From: Tubulanus polymorphus
Lineage: Eukaryota; Animalia; Nemertea
Assembly: GCF_964204645.1 (NCBI RefSeq)
Contig: NC_134035.1
Location: 4,588,001-4,652,000, forward strand
DNA: 64,000 bases
Direction of reading: 5' to 3'
The translations under genes were made by a program, and so were the position numbers. The notes beneath the pieces are model-generated. The model saw nothing but the letters and a program-made list of their open reading frames with translations. It was not told the DNA's origin and searched no databases. This document shows positions 38,750 through 51,940 of the stretch, piece after piece (the first letter of the stretch is position 1; each line of letters opens with the position of its first letter).

Positions 38750-41331
38750 GAATACGAATACGAATATTTATTACACTCCAACCATTTCCATGGTATATGG
38801 AGGAAAAGAAACAGTATTTACAATTATTTACAAAAACAGTAGATAAAAGCACTTTGAAACATAACAAACGTTATTTACAACATACTATTTACACACACTA
38901 CCGGAGGGATCTATATACATCCAGACCTAATTTGATAAATTTAGCAAGTTTAAAAGTTGGATTTTTTAAAACATCAAGATTCCGAAAGGTATTTGAATTT
39001 AGGTAGCTTTCACGGAATACGGTAAGTAATTTACAGTCAAAAATGAAATGTAGTTCGTCGCCTAAAACGTTACAGGTGGGGCATAATCTATCGGTTCTCG
39101 GTAGATGGAGATTTGACAATTTATTTACAGGTAGGAGATAAGACCCAATCCTGAACTGGAATAAGCTGGTCACTAAGTCGTCATCAAGCCGATTTATATA
39201 GTTTTCAAATTTGATATCCTTCTTATATTGTCTAAAATTAATGTATAACGGGTTATTATTTAGCCTAAATTCTGTCTCTTGCACATGCTGATCACGGAGT
39301 AAACGGTGTAATTGTTTTGGAGAAGTCCTAGAGTTTACCATAGATTGTTGTGTCCATATATACGAAAGGCCACAGTCATCAAAAGTCTTCTTAATAAATA
39401 ACAGCCAGGGGCTCTTAAACCTATCATTCAGATATAAATTATAAGATATCTTATAGAGAATTGAACTAAGTTTACTTTGTTTGCACTCTATCGTTTTGAC
39501 CCAAAAATTAATCATTCTACGCTTTACGCTTATATACATAGGATAACGTCCTAACTCCGCTAATACTTGAAGGTTATGGGAATATTTTGTAACTTTCATG
39601 ATAATTTTACAAAATAAACAGTGGAGGTTTTCTAATAAGTCAAGGTTTTCATATCCCCAGATTTCGCAACCGTACAACGCGATAGGAGCGACGCACATGT
39701 CAAATAGTTTAAACATTACATCTACTGGAAGTTTCAAACGTCTGCCCTTTTGAATAATAGAATACATAGCTTTCATAGCTTTATCATAGAGAAATTTTTT
39801 TGCTTTAGCGAAACTACCGTTCCAATTGAATTTCACTCCGAGATACACATAATCCTCAACTAACTCTAACTCCTGATTACCGAACATGAATTTCGAAATA
39901 CGCTTAATCCTACTTTTACTTCGAGCGAAGACTAATATTTTAGTTTTATCAACATTCACCGTGAGGCCGTTGTCGGCGCAATATTCAAATAATGTATCCA
40001 AATGTGACTGGAGAGATTCCTCATCTTCAGCAAGAATGACTGTGTCATCCGCATAAAGGATAATGAATAAGTTAAGTAAAGTCCCTAGTTCTGGGTCACA
40101 ATTCACATTAAGCTTTTCAATATACGACAAAGTTGGTTTACCGCGCGTAGCAAAAAAGTCTTCAATATCGTTTAAGAATAAGGAAAATAGGATAGGTGAT
40201 AAATTTTCACCTTGTCTTAAACCTCTATCAGCAGCAAAATACTGTGATGTGTTTCCGTTAAATTGAACACATGATTTCACCGAATTATAGATATTTTTAA
40301 CTACGTTCAAAAAATTCCCCGTAATGCTACTCTCTATCAATTTTCTCCATAATGTAACCCGGCAAACCGAGTCGAAAGCCTTCTTAAAATCTACAAAGGC
40401 GCAAAAAAGTCTTCTTCCTTGACATAAGTACAATTCGACGATTGTTTTCAACGCGTAAATATGGTCAGTAGTAGAATATTTTGGTCTAAATCCGGCCTGT
40501 GCTTCACTAATTATATTGTTTGAATCGAGAAAAGTTGACAGCCTTTGGTTAAGGATACTTGTGAATAATTTACCAAGACAGCTAACTAGTGTTATACCTC
40601 TATAATTATCAGGATTAGTGGGATCGCCTTTCTTTTTAAAAACAGGTTTAATTATCCCTATAGACCACGTCTCCGGAACATGTCCAGTCTTAAGAACTAA
40701 ATTAAACAGGTTTCGTAATATATTAACTAAGCACGGATACCGACTAAATTTTAATAACTCATTAATGATTCCATCTATACCAGGTGCCTTATTGTTCTTA
40801 AGCAATGAGATAGCTTTCATTACTTCATCAGCTGTTATGTCGCAGTTTAAAATATGGTTGTCATATACAGGAGGATCATCATTCTGTTGTTCAATATTAT
40901 CGTTCCCTTCGTTTACACCATTTAAGTCATTTAATTGCATAAAGTGTTCAAGAAAAATATCAATATCAATATTAGCGTCCTTAGTTTTTGCATAAGTTGC
41001 AGAATTAAGCATAGCCCAATACTTTTTCGGGTTATTGACTTCACAATCTCGTAGTTCTTTAATAAAAGTTTCCTTCTGTTTTCTCTTACTTTCCCGGATG
41101 ATTTTTTTATATTTCTTTGACGAGTTCTTGAAAGCATCAAAGTTAGAAGGGGTGGGGCAGCCTCTATATCTGTTTTTATTATAATTATAATCTTTACGCG
41201 CATCCCTACAGCTACGATTGAACCACTTGTTATGAACCGGGCTTCTACGTCTTCTATTTTTCCTATTGAGCACTAAGTTACATTCTTCGGCACTTAACAC
41301 CAGGGAAGATACAAATCTATCAGTGAGTTTG
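38750..41331 (-). mobile_element. 5'-truncated non-LTR retrotransposon (LINE, RTE-X-like), recent insertion
   Basis: Uninterrupted RT-coding frame. The 3' end is AATAAA followed by a (TATTCG)3 tail. It is flanked by a TTATAC duplication (38744-38749 and 41332-41337). The endonuclease domain is absent. Clade assignment is inferred from the C-terminal motifs. Confidence 0.9.
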
Positions 41332-41339
41332 TTATACAT
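38898..41339 (-). CDS. Reverse transcriptase ORF2 fragment of the LINE (RT domain + C-terminal Cys/His motif, no endonuclease)
   Basis: Motifs KAPGIDGI, NYRGITLVSCLGKLF, QAGFRP, FVDFKKAFDSV, GLRQGENLSPILF, LYADD (40044-40055), YLGV, and C-terminal CPTC..DELHFIFDC. The N-terminal AIEDPPGG repeats in the track ORF come from the flanking minisatellite. Confidence 0.92.
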   Translation of the reverse strand: MYNKLTDRFVSSLVLSAEECNLVLNRKNRRRRSPVHNKWFNRSCRDARKDYNYNKNRYRGCPTPSNFDAFKNSSKKYKKIIRESKRKQKETFIKELRDCEVNNPKKYWAMLNSATYAKTKDANIDIDIFLEHFMQLNDLNGVNEGNDNIEQQNDDPPVYDNHILNCDITADEVMKAISLLKNNKAPGIDGIINELLKFSRYPCLVNILRNLFNLVLKTGHVPETWSIGIIKPVFKKKGDPTNPDNYRGITLVSCLGKLFTSILNQRLSTFLDSNNIISEAQAGFRPKYSTTDHIYALKTIVELYLCQGRRLFCAFVDFKKAFDSVCRVTLWRKLIESSITGNFLNVVKNIYNSVKSCVQFNGNTSQYFAADRGLRQGENLSPILFSLFLNDIEDFFATRGKPTLSYIEKLNVNCDPELGTLLNLFIILYADDTVILAEDEESLQSHLDTLFEYCADNGLTVNVDKTKILVFARSKSRIKRISKFMFGNQELELVEDYVYLGVKFNWNGSFAKAKKFLYDKAMKAMYSIIQKGRRLKLPVDVMFKLFDMCVAPIALYGCEIWGYENLDLLENLHCLFCKIIMKVTKYSHNLQVLAELGRYPMYISVKRRMINFWVKTIECKQSKLSSILYKISYNLYLNDRFKSPWLLFIKKTFDDCGLSYIWTQQSMVNSRTSPKQLHRLLRDQHVQETEFRLNNNPLYINFRQYKKDIKFENYINRLDDDLVTSLFQFRIGSYLLPVNKLSNLHLPRTDRLCPTCNVLGDELHFIFDCKLLTVFRESYLNSNTFRNLDVLKNPTFKLAKFIKLGLDVYRSLR

Positions 41340-41550
41340 AATTGCACTAGTGCCACCTGGTGGATCTTCAATAGCCACAGTTACCTTATCAACTATATAA
41401 CTAGCACCACCTGGTGGATCTTCAATAGCCACACCAGCCTTATACATAATCGCACTAGTGCCATCTGGTGGATCTTCAATCGCCACAATTATCTTATCAA
41501 CTGCACAACTAGCACCACCTGGTGGATCTTCAATAGCCACACCAGCCTTA
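41332..41550. repeat. 54-bp minisatellite with CTCF-like motifs, right part (4 units, alternating A/B variants)
   Basis: ctag...ccacctggtgg cores at 41347, 41401, 41455 and 41509, an exact 54-bp period. Confidence 0.9.
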
Positions 41551-42337
41551 CATCATCATCGTTTATTTCTCGAAGTCAAAACATGCAAAAGCCAGCAACA
41601 CGTCATCATTCAAACGAACTATAATTCTCTAAATAAAAACGGTGACGTGGTCGGTCGCTGGATGGCATCATACGACGATGACAATAATAAAAATCATAAT
41701 AACGCGCACGGCCACGTTCGTCTGCCGCTGCCGCCAGTTTACGAATTCGCCTGCGGGTCTCAATTTGTGTCACCGACAACGAGACCCGCCTTTAACGATA
41801 AAAACGCGCTGATATTCGACGCGGAAAATGTCAGAGCGCGTTCTCCGAACAACGGCGGCGAGTTTATTTATATACAATCGTATTTACACGGCGCTCTCGG
41901 TGATGATGGACCACGCGATGGGTGTAGCCTTTATCGCGCCGATGATGTCGCCTGTACCGTCGTATTAAAAGCTTCTATATATAGGAATCAGGGACGATCG
42001 CTCCGTTTTTCAAAGGCCACGCGAGAACCAATACCGTCACGCCAAATCAGCATTTTCCATTTCACGCGACATACCGGCGCTGCTGACCTTCGAGTATTTT
42101 CGTACATACTTCAACTTCGAGTAATTTTGTGATAACAAACGCACGCTTCGATTTAATAATAATACACTTTTATGCGACATACCTCGCTACGAATTTCAGG
42201 ACGAAAGATTTTTATTGAATGTTAAAAAACTTCTCTTAATTTGCATGGTCATTAGTTCTTTAGTTTATATTAGTTTCATTGGTTTATGTTTATGCTAAAG
42301 AACCGAGCACTCAAGGTTACAATTAAGTAACCTCTTA

Positions 42338-42542
42338 CAGAGTGGCAATCTCAACAAATTTCCCTCAATTTTCCCTGATTATTTTGTAGCTTCTTTTTTA
42401 TTTACTGTCCAGGTTCCTGTCATCAATGCTTGCTTTCTTACAAATATCATGTAAAGTATCACGTAAAATTGAATTTTTGATGACGAAATTAATCATAACA
42501 ATGACAATAATAATAATAATAATAACAATAATAATAACAATG

Positions 42543-42593
<51 letters not shown>

Positions 42594-42674
42594 GTAACTT
42601 ACACAATTCCCGACTTTTAAAAGAATAGAAATTCCCTGACGTTTCCCTGATTTCGATGTAAGTGGCGCCACCCT
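42338..42674. mobile_element. MITE of the ttccctga family carrying an internal (TAA)n microsatellite
   Basis: cagagtggc ... gccaccct termini; subterminal ttccctga repeats; (AAT)n at about 42497-42595. Confidence 0.55.
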
Positions 42675-43282
42675 ACCTCAGTCGTACCCACCTCGAAGCA
42701 CAATTTTCAAACATTTTACGGCAACGAAGCCCAACGGTTCATTGGTCTTTTAAATAAAAGAATCGGCAGAAGTTTCGTAATCTATAAAATCTGAAGTGAT
42801 ATAAACTCGACTGAGCGAATATTTTGAAAGGATAAATATACGCCTTGAAGAGACGAGTTCAATACTAAAAACATCGACCGCCGGCGAACGGGCAAAAAGT
42901 TAAGAAGATTTTCACGCAAACGGCGATTGATTTCTCAGAATTAAAAGGTTTACGCACCCTGGCATTTCAAGTTGTAAAACTTTCGCCGAAGTTTTCAAAT
43001 GTACTTTGCTTTGGGTATATTTTTCATCCACGTCGCGTTTAGTTTCATCGATTCAGTAATTGCATAGTTCAGATTATATATAGAATTGGGTCTTGCGCAA
43101 TACCACATACCAGGGAGGGGTACATATAGGTATTCAGCACTCTGGGCTGGTGCATATTACACAGAATATTTAACTATGAACGACCCAATTCTACAGTTCT
43201 AAGTTTGCAGTAGAGTTAGATTTTACTCTGAACCTAGTTCCACAATTGCGTGGATTTATTTTGAATCCGGATCCGTTATCAT

Positions 43283-43580
43283 ACCATCATTCTAGTGATC
43301 ACAATTTCATTCTAGCGATCACAATATCATTCTAGTGATCATACTATTGTTCCAGTGATCTTACTATTGTTCTAGTGATCATATTATTGTTCTAGTAATC
43401 ATACTATTGCTCTAGTGATCACAATATTGCTCTAGTGGTCACAATATTGTTCTAGTGATTATACTATCGCTCTAATGATCATACTATTGTTCTAGTGATC
43501 AAACTATTGCTCTAGTGATCAAACTACTGTGATCATACTATCACTAGTGATCATTCTATCATTCTAGTGATCATACTATC
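43283..43580. repeat. 20-bp minisatellite
   Basis: Unit tctagtgatcatactattgt. Confidence 0.9.
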
Positions 43581-44266
43581 AGAAGACAGTTTTTTGGTAA
43601 ACACTATTTTGATAAAACACTATTTATATTTTGTCTTCAATATCATTCTATCCGAAAGAACAACGTCGATCTGTTTTTGAAAGCCGTTGAGTTCAGGGTT
43701 TCTTTTTTTGCGGCTTCCGTCTGATAATGACAAGTACCGAGCGGCGCCGTTGTACCGCGATCTTTCACCGACGTCGTCGATTTTACGGTCGAGGAGGCGC
43801 CGCGAAAAAAAATCACCGCTCGCCATTCACGGGCGGAGTCGACGCGATTTTACACCGGCGCACGCCGGGACAATACGCGGGTATCAACGCCGCATGGCTC
43901 CGTGTACGCGTATCGGGCGTCTTTATAAAAACACAACACGCGCGATTAACGAAGCTTCGCGCGCTTCACCGCGTCCCGGCGACTCGCTACATCAACCCGG
44001 CGAAACAAAACCCGGTCGGAGTCGTCATTAAAATACAAAACGGGGGAGAGAGACGGAGAGAGAAAATACGGGCGTTCGTTCCTTCGTTCATTTGCTCATT
44101 AGTCGATGATGAACGCATCATTAGAGAGATGGTGCAGATGTATTCTTTACATACAGTGCTGAATAAACGCGCATATCGCGTTACGCTCGCTCGCAGAACG
44201 ACGTTTCCATTACAAAACAAAATCGTAATCGAATTCGGTTAGAGGTACGAGGCATTGTCTGTTTAA

Positions 44267-44379
44267 GCCAGACATGCCAGGCATAGGTCGTACATGCCGG
44301 GGTATAGGTCAGACATGCCGGGCATAGGTCGTACATGCCGGGGTATAGGTCAGACATGCCGGGCATAGGTCAGACATGC
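44267..44379. repeat. Alternating 20/21-bp minisatellite (41-bp dimer)
   Basis: gtcagacatgccgggcatag / gtcgtacatgccggggtatag. Confidence 0.9.
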
Positions 44380-45284
44380 GTAGACCTCATGACTGGGAGG
44401 GCTACATACGTTCGCGTTTCTGCGACGCGACCATCTCTACCAGTCGCAACCGACTGTGACCGACGCGCACTAGTCGCACGACATCACTGACAGCATAGCG
44501 GTCGACCTAGGCGACCCTTCACCACCGGTTACGTCGTGGCAGGTGAATCCGCACCCGCTCAGCTCGGCGATGAAATTCAACACCTAAATGTTAAGTTGAT
44601 GTAAAAACATTAAACATTCGACCCTAAGCCGTCTTCTTCGCCGGTCGATCGATAGCGAACGACGAACACAATGAACGTAGCAATTATCCATTTAAGACGC
44701 GATAACTCGCGATCTGAGCGAGTTCTACGCCCATTCACCGCCTCGGCTACGCCGTTATTATTATCACAGTCCGGGTATTCGGATGAACGGACCCGGACCC
44801 CGAAGACTAACAAAACAAGTCGTCGGTTTATTCGTTGCTATTGACGATGCGCGCGGCGGCGGTATTTAGCATAACGAAGAGCGAAGGGTCGCGCAGGTGA
44901 AACGGTGACGTACCGTTGCGGGTCTCGACCCTAGATAAACACAGGGGGGATAAACGCAATCTCTTCCACCCAGGCGCAGCGCGACGACGACGGTGTTTAT
45001 CCCCGATGCGGATTTCTGCGAGAAGCGTCGTCGTCGTCGTGCGACTTTAAACGGTATATTGTATCTACACGATGACGACCGCCTGCAGGTATTCATCGGT
45101 TAAAACCCATCGGAGACTCTGAGATCATACCATAGAACTCACATCAGACTTATATACAGAGGCGAATAGAGAATAAATTCTATACAATACAATGCATTCA
45201 TAAATCGTCATATGAATAATTATAGATATCTACATCACCGGCTTGAAAAGTTAAAATCTTAAAATCGATACCACATCTTCCTGA

Positions 45285-45394
<110 letters not shown>

Positions 45395-46877
45395 ATATTA
45401 TTATATGTCAAGATTGATTTTAGCATTAATAGTTTTCGTTTCATGTGTCCATAGTCTACCCGGGTTTATGATAATCTCGTATTCTAGATTCGGTCTTAAA
45501 GATCAGTATTAGTTCGGTTTGTAAGGGATTTCAGCTGATTAAACAATGCCATCGAATCATCATTATTGTTCGATCGTATGGGGGGGCTGTTAAACGAATG
45601 AACAGTAGCCAGACAGCTAGACAGACAGACAGCCCCTCGGGTCATTCTAACAAACAATTTATTCCGTGTCAACATCATTAACGAACACTTTTTAATGAAG
45701 ACATTTTCATCGCCCAATGCTAAATATACAAGGTATAGTCGAGGCTCGGGGATCGAATACCAGCCAGTCTAAGCTCATCCCAGTTAAAACCACAGTTTCG
45801 TGACAGACGGCTATAGTTTTTTTTTTTGGACAGAAGCGACAGCGGGTCGTGGCAGCCGGGATTCGAAGAATCTAAATGCGAATCGAAAATAATCACACGA
45901 AAACTGAAAATCGTATCGACAAATTGCGATGAACCGTTCTACATAGATTTCAATAAAGAAACAGACGACGATCCTTTGATATCGGGGAAGATTATTAGAA
46001 ATATAAATGAACAAATTCTCAAACGCCGATAATTCGATATTACGATGAAAGCCTCTAGTTGTTCGTTTGTTTGTTTTTACGCCGAGAAAATCCCGATTTT
46101 AATAACGATAAAAACGCGCCGAGTTTATTTTTTTCCTTCGATCGTTCGCGATGATATTTGATGAATCGGCGTTAAATCGTCCGATAAATGCGGAACGATC
46201 AGATTTCAAACGCTTTATCCGAACTTGATTACGGTAACTATCGACGATTAGTAATCGAAATAACGTATTATTATAGATAGTAAAACTCTCACGCGCATGT
46301 GCCGCGGCGTTTCGATTTTTAATTGATTAACGAACGACGCTAATTGGTAATCAATTCGCGGGTCATCGGCGGTTTTCGCAATCGGTAATCGCTAGCATTT
46401 CCTGCAGCGCGTTGAATTTCAAGTGGCAAAACATACGAATCTATTAATCGAAATTGATTTATGTTCGATGTAACACTCGCGGTTACTTTTTGTCGATAAA
46501 ATCCAACTTCGAAATCTGATTTGAGGATATCCTTTTTTTTCTTGACACATTTTTCACTTTTCGGCCTCGTTTCAACGACCAGCATCAACTGAAACCCTGA
46601 GGCTTGGTTTTAAAATCATTTCTTTTCGCCAGGTCCGGTCCCAGTTTAAAAGACTGTTTTTTTTTTACTTCAAACCTCGTGCCTAATTTTAGGACCAGCC
46701 TCTCTTTAACCCCTCCGATTTCATAAGAACAGTTGCGGCTTTCACCCCAGGCCCGTACAGAAGTTTTATCTTATGAAAAATAACATATAATATATATACA
46801 AAAATATGTTACGCAATAATGAAGTCCTAATTATCAGTAGCGAATAATAGCAGCAACAAATACAATATCACATAGCC

Positions 46878-46948
<71 letters not shown>

Positions 46949-47482
46949 GTATATACATGCGACATATTTGTTTAGACGAAGTTAGAAAAAAAAAATCCGG
47001 GCTTAAAGCGCACGTTACATGTTACACGGTTTCGTATTAATTATTTAAAAATCGCAGACATATCGCTCACGGTTATTCGAAATATATTCATCAAACGTAT
47101 TAACGCTCTCTATCTCTCTCTGCAAACCGAATTCTTATAACACGATATCGTTAATGACACGAGAAAAGTTCGGCGTTCGCCCGGTGGTGAAAACGACGCG
47201 CCAGACAATTTCATCTCGAATAACTGTGAAAATCTTGCGTTTTCCTTTTTTTTCCCATTCGCGTAAACATTCGTTCGAAAATAAAAATAGAAAAAAAATA
47301 ACGCAGACTATTTAGGCGTGACTTCGATATTTTTTTCTGAAATGTAAATTTTCGATATCGCGAGAAACGAAGCCGTTTGATGCTTAACGATTCGGTAAAG
47401 TCGAATTTTTTTTCTCGAAATGCGAATCATCTGAAAATTTTATATAGAAAAAAACTGCTCGATTGCCTCCCATTATTACAAG

Positions 47483-47700
47483 CCCCGGACTCAGATTATT
47501 GCTCCCCCCAGACTCAGATTATTGCGCGCCCCGGACTCAGATTATTGTGCGCCCCGGACTCAGATTATTGCATGCCCCGGACTCAGATTATCATGAGCCC
47601 CAGACTCAGATTATTGCGTGCCTAGGACTCAGATTATCATGAGCCCCAGACTCAGATTATTATGTGCCCCTGGACTCGGAAGATTGCGTGCCCCGAACTC
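47483..47700. repeat. 23-bp minisatellite (about 9-10 units)
   Basis: Unit ccccggactcagattattgcgtg. Confidence 0.9.
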
Positions 47701-48344
47701 CGCTTGCCACAGAACCTATTTATTGCCTATGATTGTCGCGTGCCACCCTCCCCGACTTAAAACATTTTTCTACAGAAATAAATGACATAACCATCTGACT
47801 GCCCCGGAATTCGTCGATCGACACCCAGTCTACTGCGTATTAAAAAAAAAAATTCATTCATTTACAACATTAGATCTATCATGTGCTCTAAACGTCAAAT
47901 CCAACAGCGATACATAAAACACAGTTTTTCAAGAGTCCTCACTCATTCATATACGTAAAGTACTTCTGCGCTGTTTTCGAGAGTTCAAACCAAACAAAGT
48001 TCTCCGTCATTGTGTCACCCGGCCGTGACGTTTAAAACAAAAGCATTTGAATTTTATGAGCATCCGTTTCGAAAAAATTCGCTTTTAAAGTTTCGAATTT
48101 CATCGTCGAATTCGCGCACAGCGTAAACAAGTGAACTGAGCCGGAGTTTGAGTCGCACGACTCCGCGCCGGAATCGGAGTCGTTAGAACGCGAGGCTTCG
48201 AGAGTCATTGACTGACAGGTATTTCATCTCAAATTTTCCCTGCAGTACGAGAAATTGTTGACGTCCTTAACAGTGAACTGAACTTTTACATGAGAAAAAT
48301 GTTTAAATTCTGAAATGAGTAGAGCCGCATTGAAAAATCCCTGT

Positions 48345-48615
48345 AAGAACCTATCGAACCTATAGAGGCCTTCCCAAACCCTTCCCCTAGAACCTATTGA
48401 TAGAGGCTGTAGTCTCAGAACCTTCTCAACCCTTGCCCTAGAACCGATTGATAGAGGCTGTACTTTCAGAACCTCCTTAACCCCTCCCTAGAACCTATCC
48501 ATAGAGGCTGTGCTTTCAGAACCTCCACAGCCCTTCCCCTAGAACCTATCTATAGTGGCTGTAGTCCCAATGCTTCCGCATCCCTACCCCTTAGAACCTA
48601 TCAATAGAGGCTGTG
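48345..48615. repeat. About 51-bp tandem repeat (about 5 units)
   Basis: Unit cccttcccctagaacctattgatagaggctgtagtctcagaaccttctcaa. Confidence 0.85.
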
Positions 48616-50049
48616 GTTAAGCATGGCAAAAACAAAGGGAGTGGGAAATCTCGATGAATAGTCTGTAAAACTTCCTTCGCGTTCCTCACCTGACTAAATA
48701 CATGTTACCCGGAGGGGAATACTGCAAAGGGTCAAATTCACGATGGCTACGGACAGCGGTAAAAGGAAGCTAGGGAATTCGTCGTAACAATAGTCGTTTG
48801 TTCGACGTTTTAAGCAAACTTCCTCAGTGTGCGCGCATGGCGTGTGCGCGAAGAAAGACGAGTAATTCTCTATTAAGACGCGCGGATATTTCGAGGTATC
48901 AAAGGTCTTCGTAATGTCCGACGATAATACCGGGAGGTCTCTAAACGCTCGCATTGTGACGAGATGATTCGGCTGGCGCTCGCCGATCGCATAAACGACT
49001 CTACCGATTGTTAATTGTTAATTAAGATTTCTAATGGAACGCGTCACCGTACTTCTCGCCGAACAAAGACTTCGCGTCCGGATTAACCGTGAAATATTCG
49101 CTTTGACATTTCCGTCTTGTCTCTTCCCTGAATGGACGACCGACGTTTCAATCTAAACAAATTTAATATGACGCATGCGCGAGGGCCTCGTGCACTTTTA
49201 ACGATGAAAATATCTATGACAATGAAAAAAAAACCAAATTTAACCCTTACATCACCGGCAATCATCAAACTAACTTCAAATTAAATCAACAATCAGTGCA
49301 AATGGATGCAGGTAATTGACAATAAACTAAAAATATAAAAATGATACCAATCATTTCAATTATAGATTCTGACTGCATAATGAGCAGTTTAGGGGAAATA
49401 CATGAGACTTTTCAAGTTGTTTTTTTGCACAGTGCGTTCAAGGCTCGAATAGAATCATTCCTGAATTGAGTTCTAATCTGTCAGTAGTAGTAAATAAGTC
49501 TATCGGCTATTTACGCCGATTTTGAGTAAAATCCGTTTTCGCGATGTTGACCTTGAGAATTATTGAACCCGACGAAGAAGAAGACACCAGTTGCGACGGC
49601 GAACACACGTGGAATGCGCGGGATATTGAATTCTAATAACCGTATTTACGAAGCCGAACCCCCTACTTAAGGAAACCACTGGTAGTATCCGAAATCTATT
49701 AGCTCGTGTGTTCATATTGATAAACTATACCAGACATTAGTAATCGATACCAATAAAGAGAGGCAGAACCTCTGTTAAACAAGCCGGATAAAAATGAATC
49801 TGTGAACAAACAGCGATTACCCATAACTCGCCTTCAGTCTCGCCGGCCCGCCTGCCCGGTCGGTCGTTAATTTGATTAGAGAAATGAAAGAAACGTTTAA
49901 GACTCCGGATCGACTACGAAACTAGTTTAACCGTTAAACTGCCGCCATTTAAGTGTTATTATCGTAGCATTGTGACAAGACATGCTTTGAAACCTGTATA
50001 GGACTGCTAGGCATCTAGGAGTAACCTCGGGCGAGTGAGTTCAATTCAA

Positions 50050-50710
50050 CAGGGCCGTCAACCTCTGAAAGGCATTTTTTTCCAGTAAAATTTCACTGAG
50101 ATATGAAAATGTTCAAATTAATCAGTAATCAAGGGGGTAAGATCCTCAGTAATACCTTTCATATTTCTGTTCAAATTAATCAGTAATCAAGGGGTAAGAT
50201 CCTCAGTAACATCTTTCATATTTCTGTTCAAATTAATCATTTATCAAGGGGGTAAGATCCTCAGTAACATCTTTCATATTTCAGTTCAAATTAATCATTT
50301 ATCAAGGGGGTAAGATCCTCAGTAACATCTTTCATATTTCTGTTCAAATTAATCAGTAATCAAGGGGTAAGATCTTCAGTAACACCTTTCATATTTCTGT
50401 TCAAATCAATCATTTATCAAGGGGGTAAGATCCTCAGTAATACCTTTCATATTTCTGTTCAAATTAATCAGTAATCAAGGGGGTAAGATCCACGGTAACA
50501 CCTTTCATATTTCTGTTCAAATTAATCATTTATCAAGGAGGTAAGACCCTCAGTAACATCTTTCATATTTCTGTTCAAATTAATCAGTAATCAAGGAGGT
50601 AAGACCCTCAGTAACACCTTTCATATTTCTCTATGCATCAAACAAATCAAATCGGTATTTCTCGCTATAAAATAGTAACAAATACTCAGGAACAGTCGAC
50701 TGAGCTCTGA
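50050..50710 (+). repeat. 57-58-bp tandem array (about 9 units) inside a dispersed element, copy 2
   Basis: Same unit, and the same 5' (tga.atatgaaa) and 3' flanks, as 1-660. Confidence 0.9.
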
Positions 50711-51342
50711 TTCAATGAGAAACATTGGAGGGTGCTTGGAGCAATAATGTAGAGACATCGGGAGTGAACATCAGTATCAGAACTCTCTATAAGGGGTAGC
50801 TTTACCTTAAAATAACGAACTTAAAATGATAAAATCAGATGAATAACTTTAACCTCATGATTGTAACAAGTGAGTGCTGTACGATGTATTGAAACAAAAT
50901 GATTACACAATAGACTAGGTGGGGAACGTGACGGTAACGCGCGTGTCCGCCGGCGTTCCAAGGGTTGCCTCGGATCTAGGGTCCAAAATACGAGCGATAA
51001 TTTTAGAAACGTTTCGTTCAACGTCACGGCGAATTCTGCGCGACTTCTGCGTGACGTCAGCGAGAAAACAAAAATAACTCGGTAAACATGAATAAACGTA
51101 AGAGGACTGACGTAATGAAAAAACAATCGGTCAAACCCCCCACCTTTTCCAGGATTCACTACCGATCATTCTTCAGAGAAAACAAATATTTCAAATTCCA
51201 ATTTCTCAATTTCAATTTCAATAGATCTATTATATGCACTGATTATACAGTCAAACACCGTTAAGTTAGATATCAATCACCAGATAAGTCGCCACATAAC
51301 TTAAAAAGTCGTATCCCTATTTTCGAGCACCATTTGGTATGT

Positions 51343-51940
51343 CCAATTCAATTTACCACGCGTATAAGTCATCATCGGATAAGTCATGGACATCATTCTG
51401 CTATGACTTATATCAAATTTTGTTAACGATTTCATCAGTTCTGGCCGCAATTTCTACTGAATTTTCGGGGAGAAAAAAATGTGTGCGTTTTTGCACCACT
51501 CTCGTACTGGTCGAAAATTCATCGTCGCCCAAAAATATCTCGCTCGCGTATTTTCGCGAAGAGCGTATTCATCATTATTAAAATTATTATCATCATTATC
51601 ATTATCATTATTATTATTACATCCTTATTTTCGAATGCCAATTCAATTTACCAAGCGTCACTAATCATTGGCTAAGTCATCGACATCCTAACGATCCTTG
51701 CTATGACTTCTGTAAGTTCAGATTTGTATCGGATTTCATAAATATTTTATCAGTTCTGGCTTCAATTTCTACCGGATTCGTCAAAATTCTTATGGAGAAA
51801 AAATGTGCGCATTTTTCCACTATTCGAAAATTTTTTAATGCGCAAAAATATCTCGCTGCCGTATTTTCGCGAAGAGCATATTCATCATTATCATTATTAT
51901 TACTATTATCATTATGATTACTATTATCATTATGATAATA
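51343..51940. repeat. Diverged tandem duplication of about 300 bp
   Basis: ccaattcaatttacca...caaaaatatctcgct..cgtattttcgcgaagagc.tattcatcattat occurs twice, each copy ending in an (ATT/ATC)n tail. Confidence 0.8.

Noticed and set aside
41340-41540. AIEDPPGG 18-aa repeats as a genuine N-terminal domain of the 880-aa ORF
   Set aside because: They derive from the host 54-bp minisatellite, which continues on the other side of the LINE.
38490-41550. CRISPR-like array next to a reverse transcriptase
   Set aside because: Eukaryotic context; units are homologous along their whole length with no unique spacers; no cas genes; the RT is a LINE type.
41458-42132. 224-aa plus-strand ORF
   Set aside because: Starts inside the minisatellite, has no recognisable domain, and looks like a chance ORF in CpG-rich DNA.
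50795-50820. AG|GT recursive-splice-like sites on the minus strand (also near 26395, 28340, 37415)
   Set aside because: Short pyrimidine tracts; such motifs are expected by chance in 43 kb without saw-tooth RNA-seq evidence.
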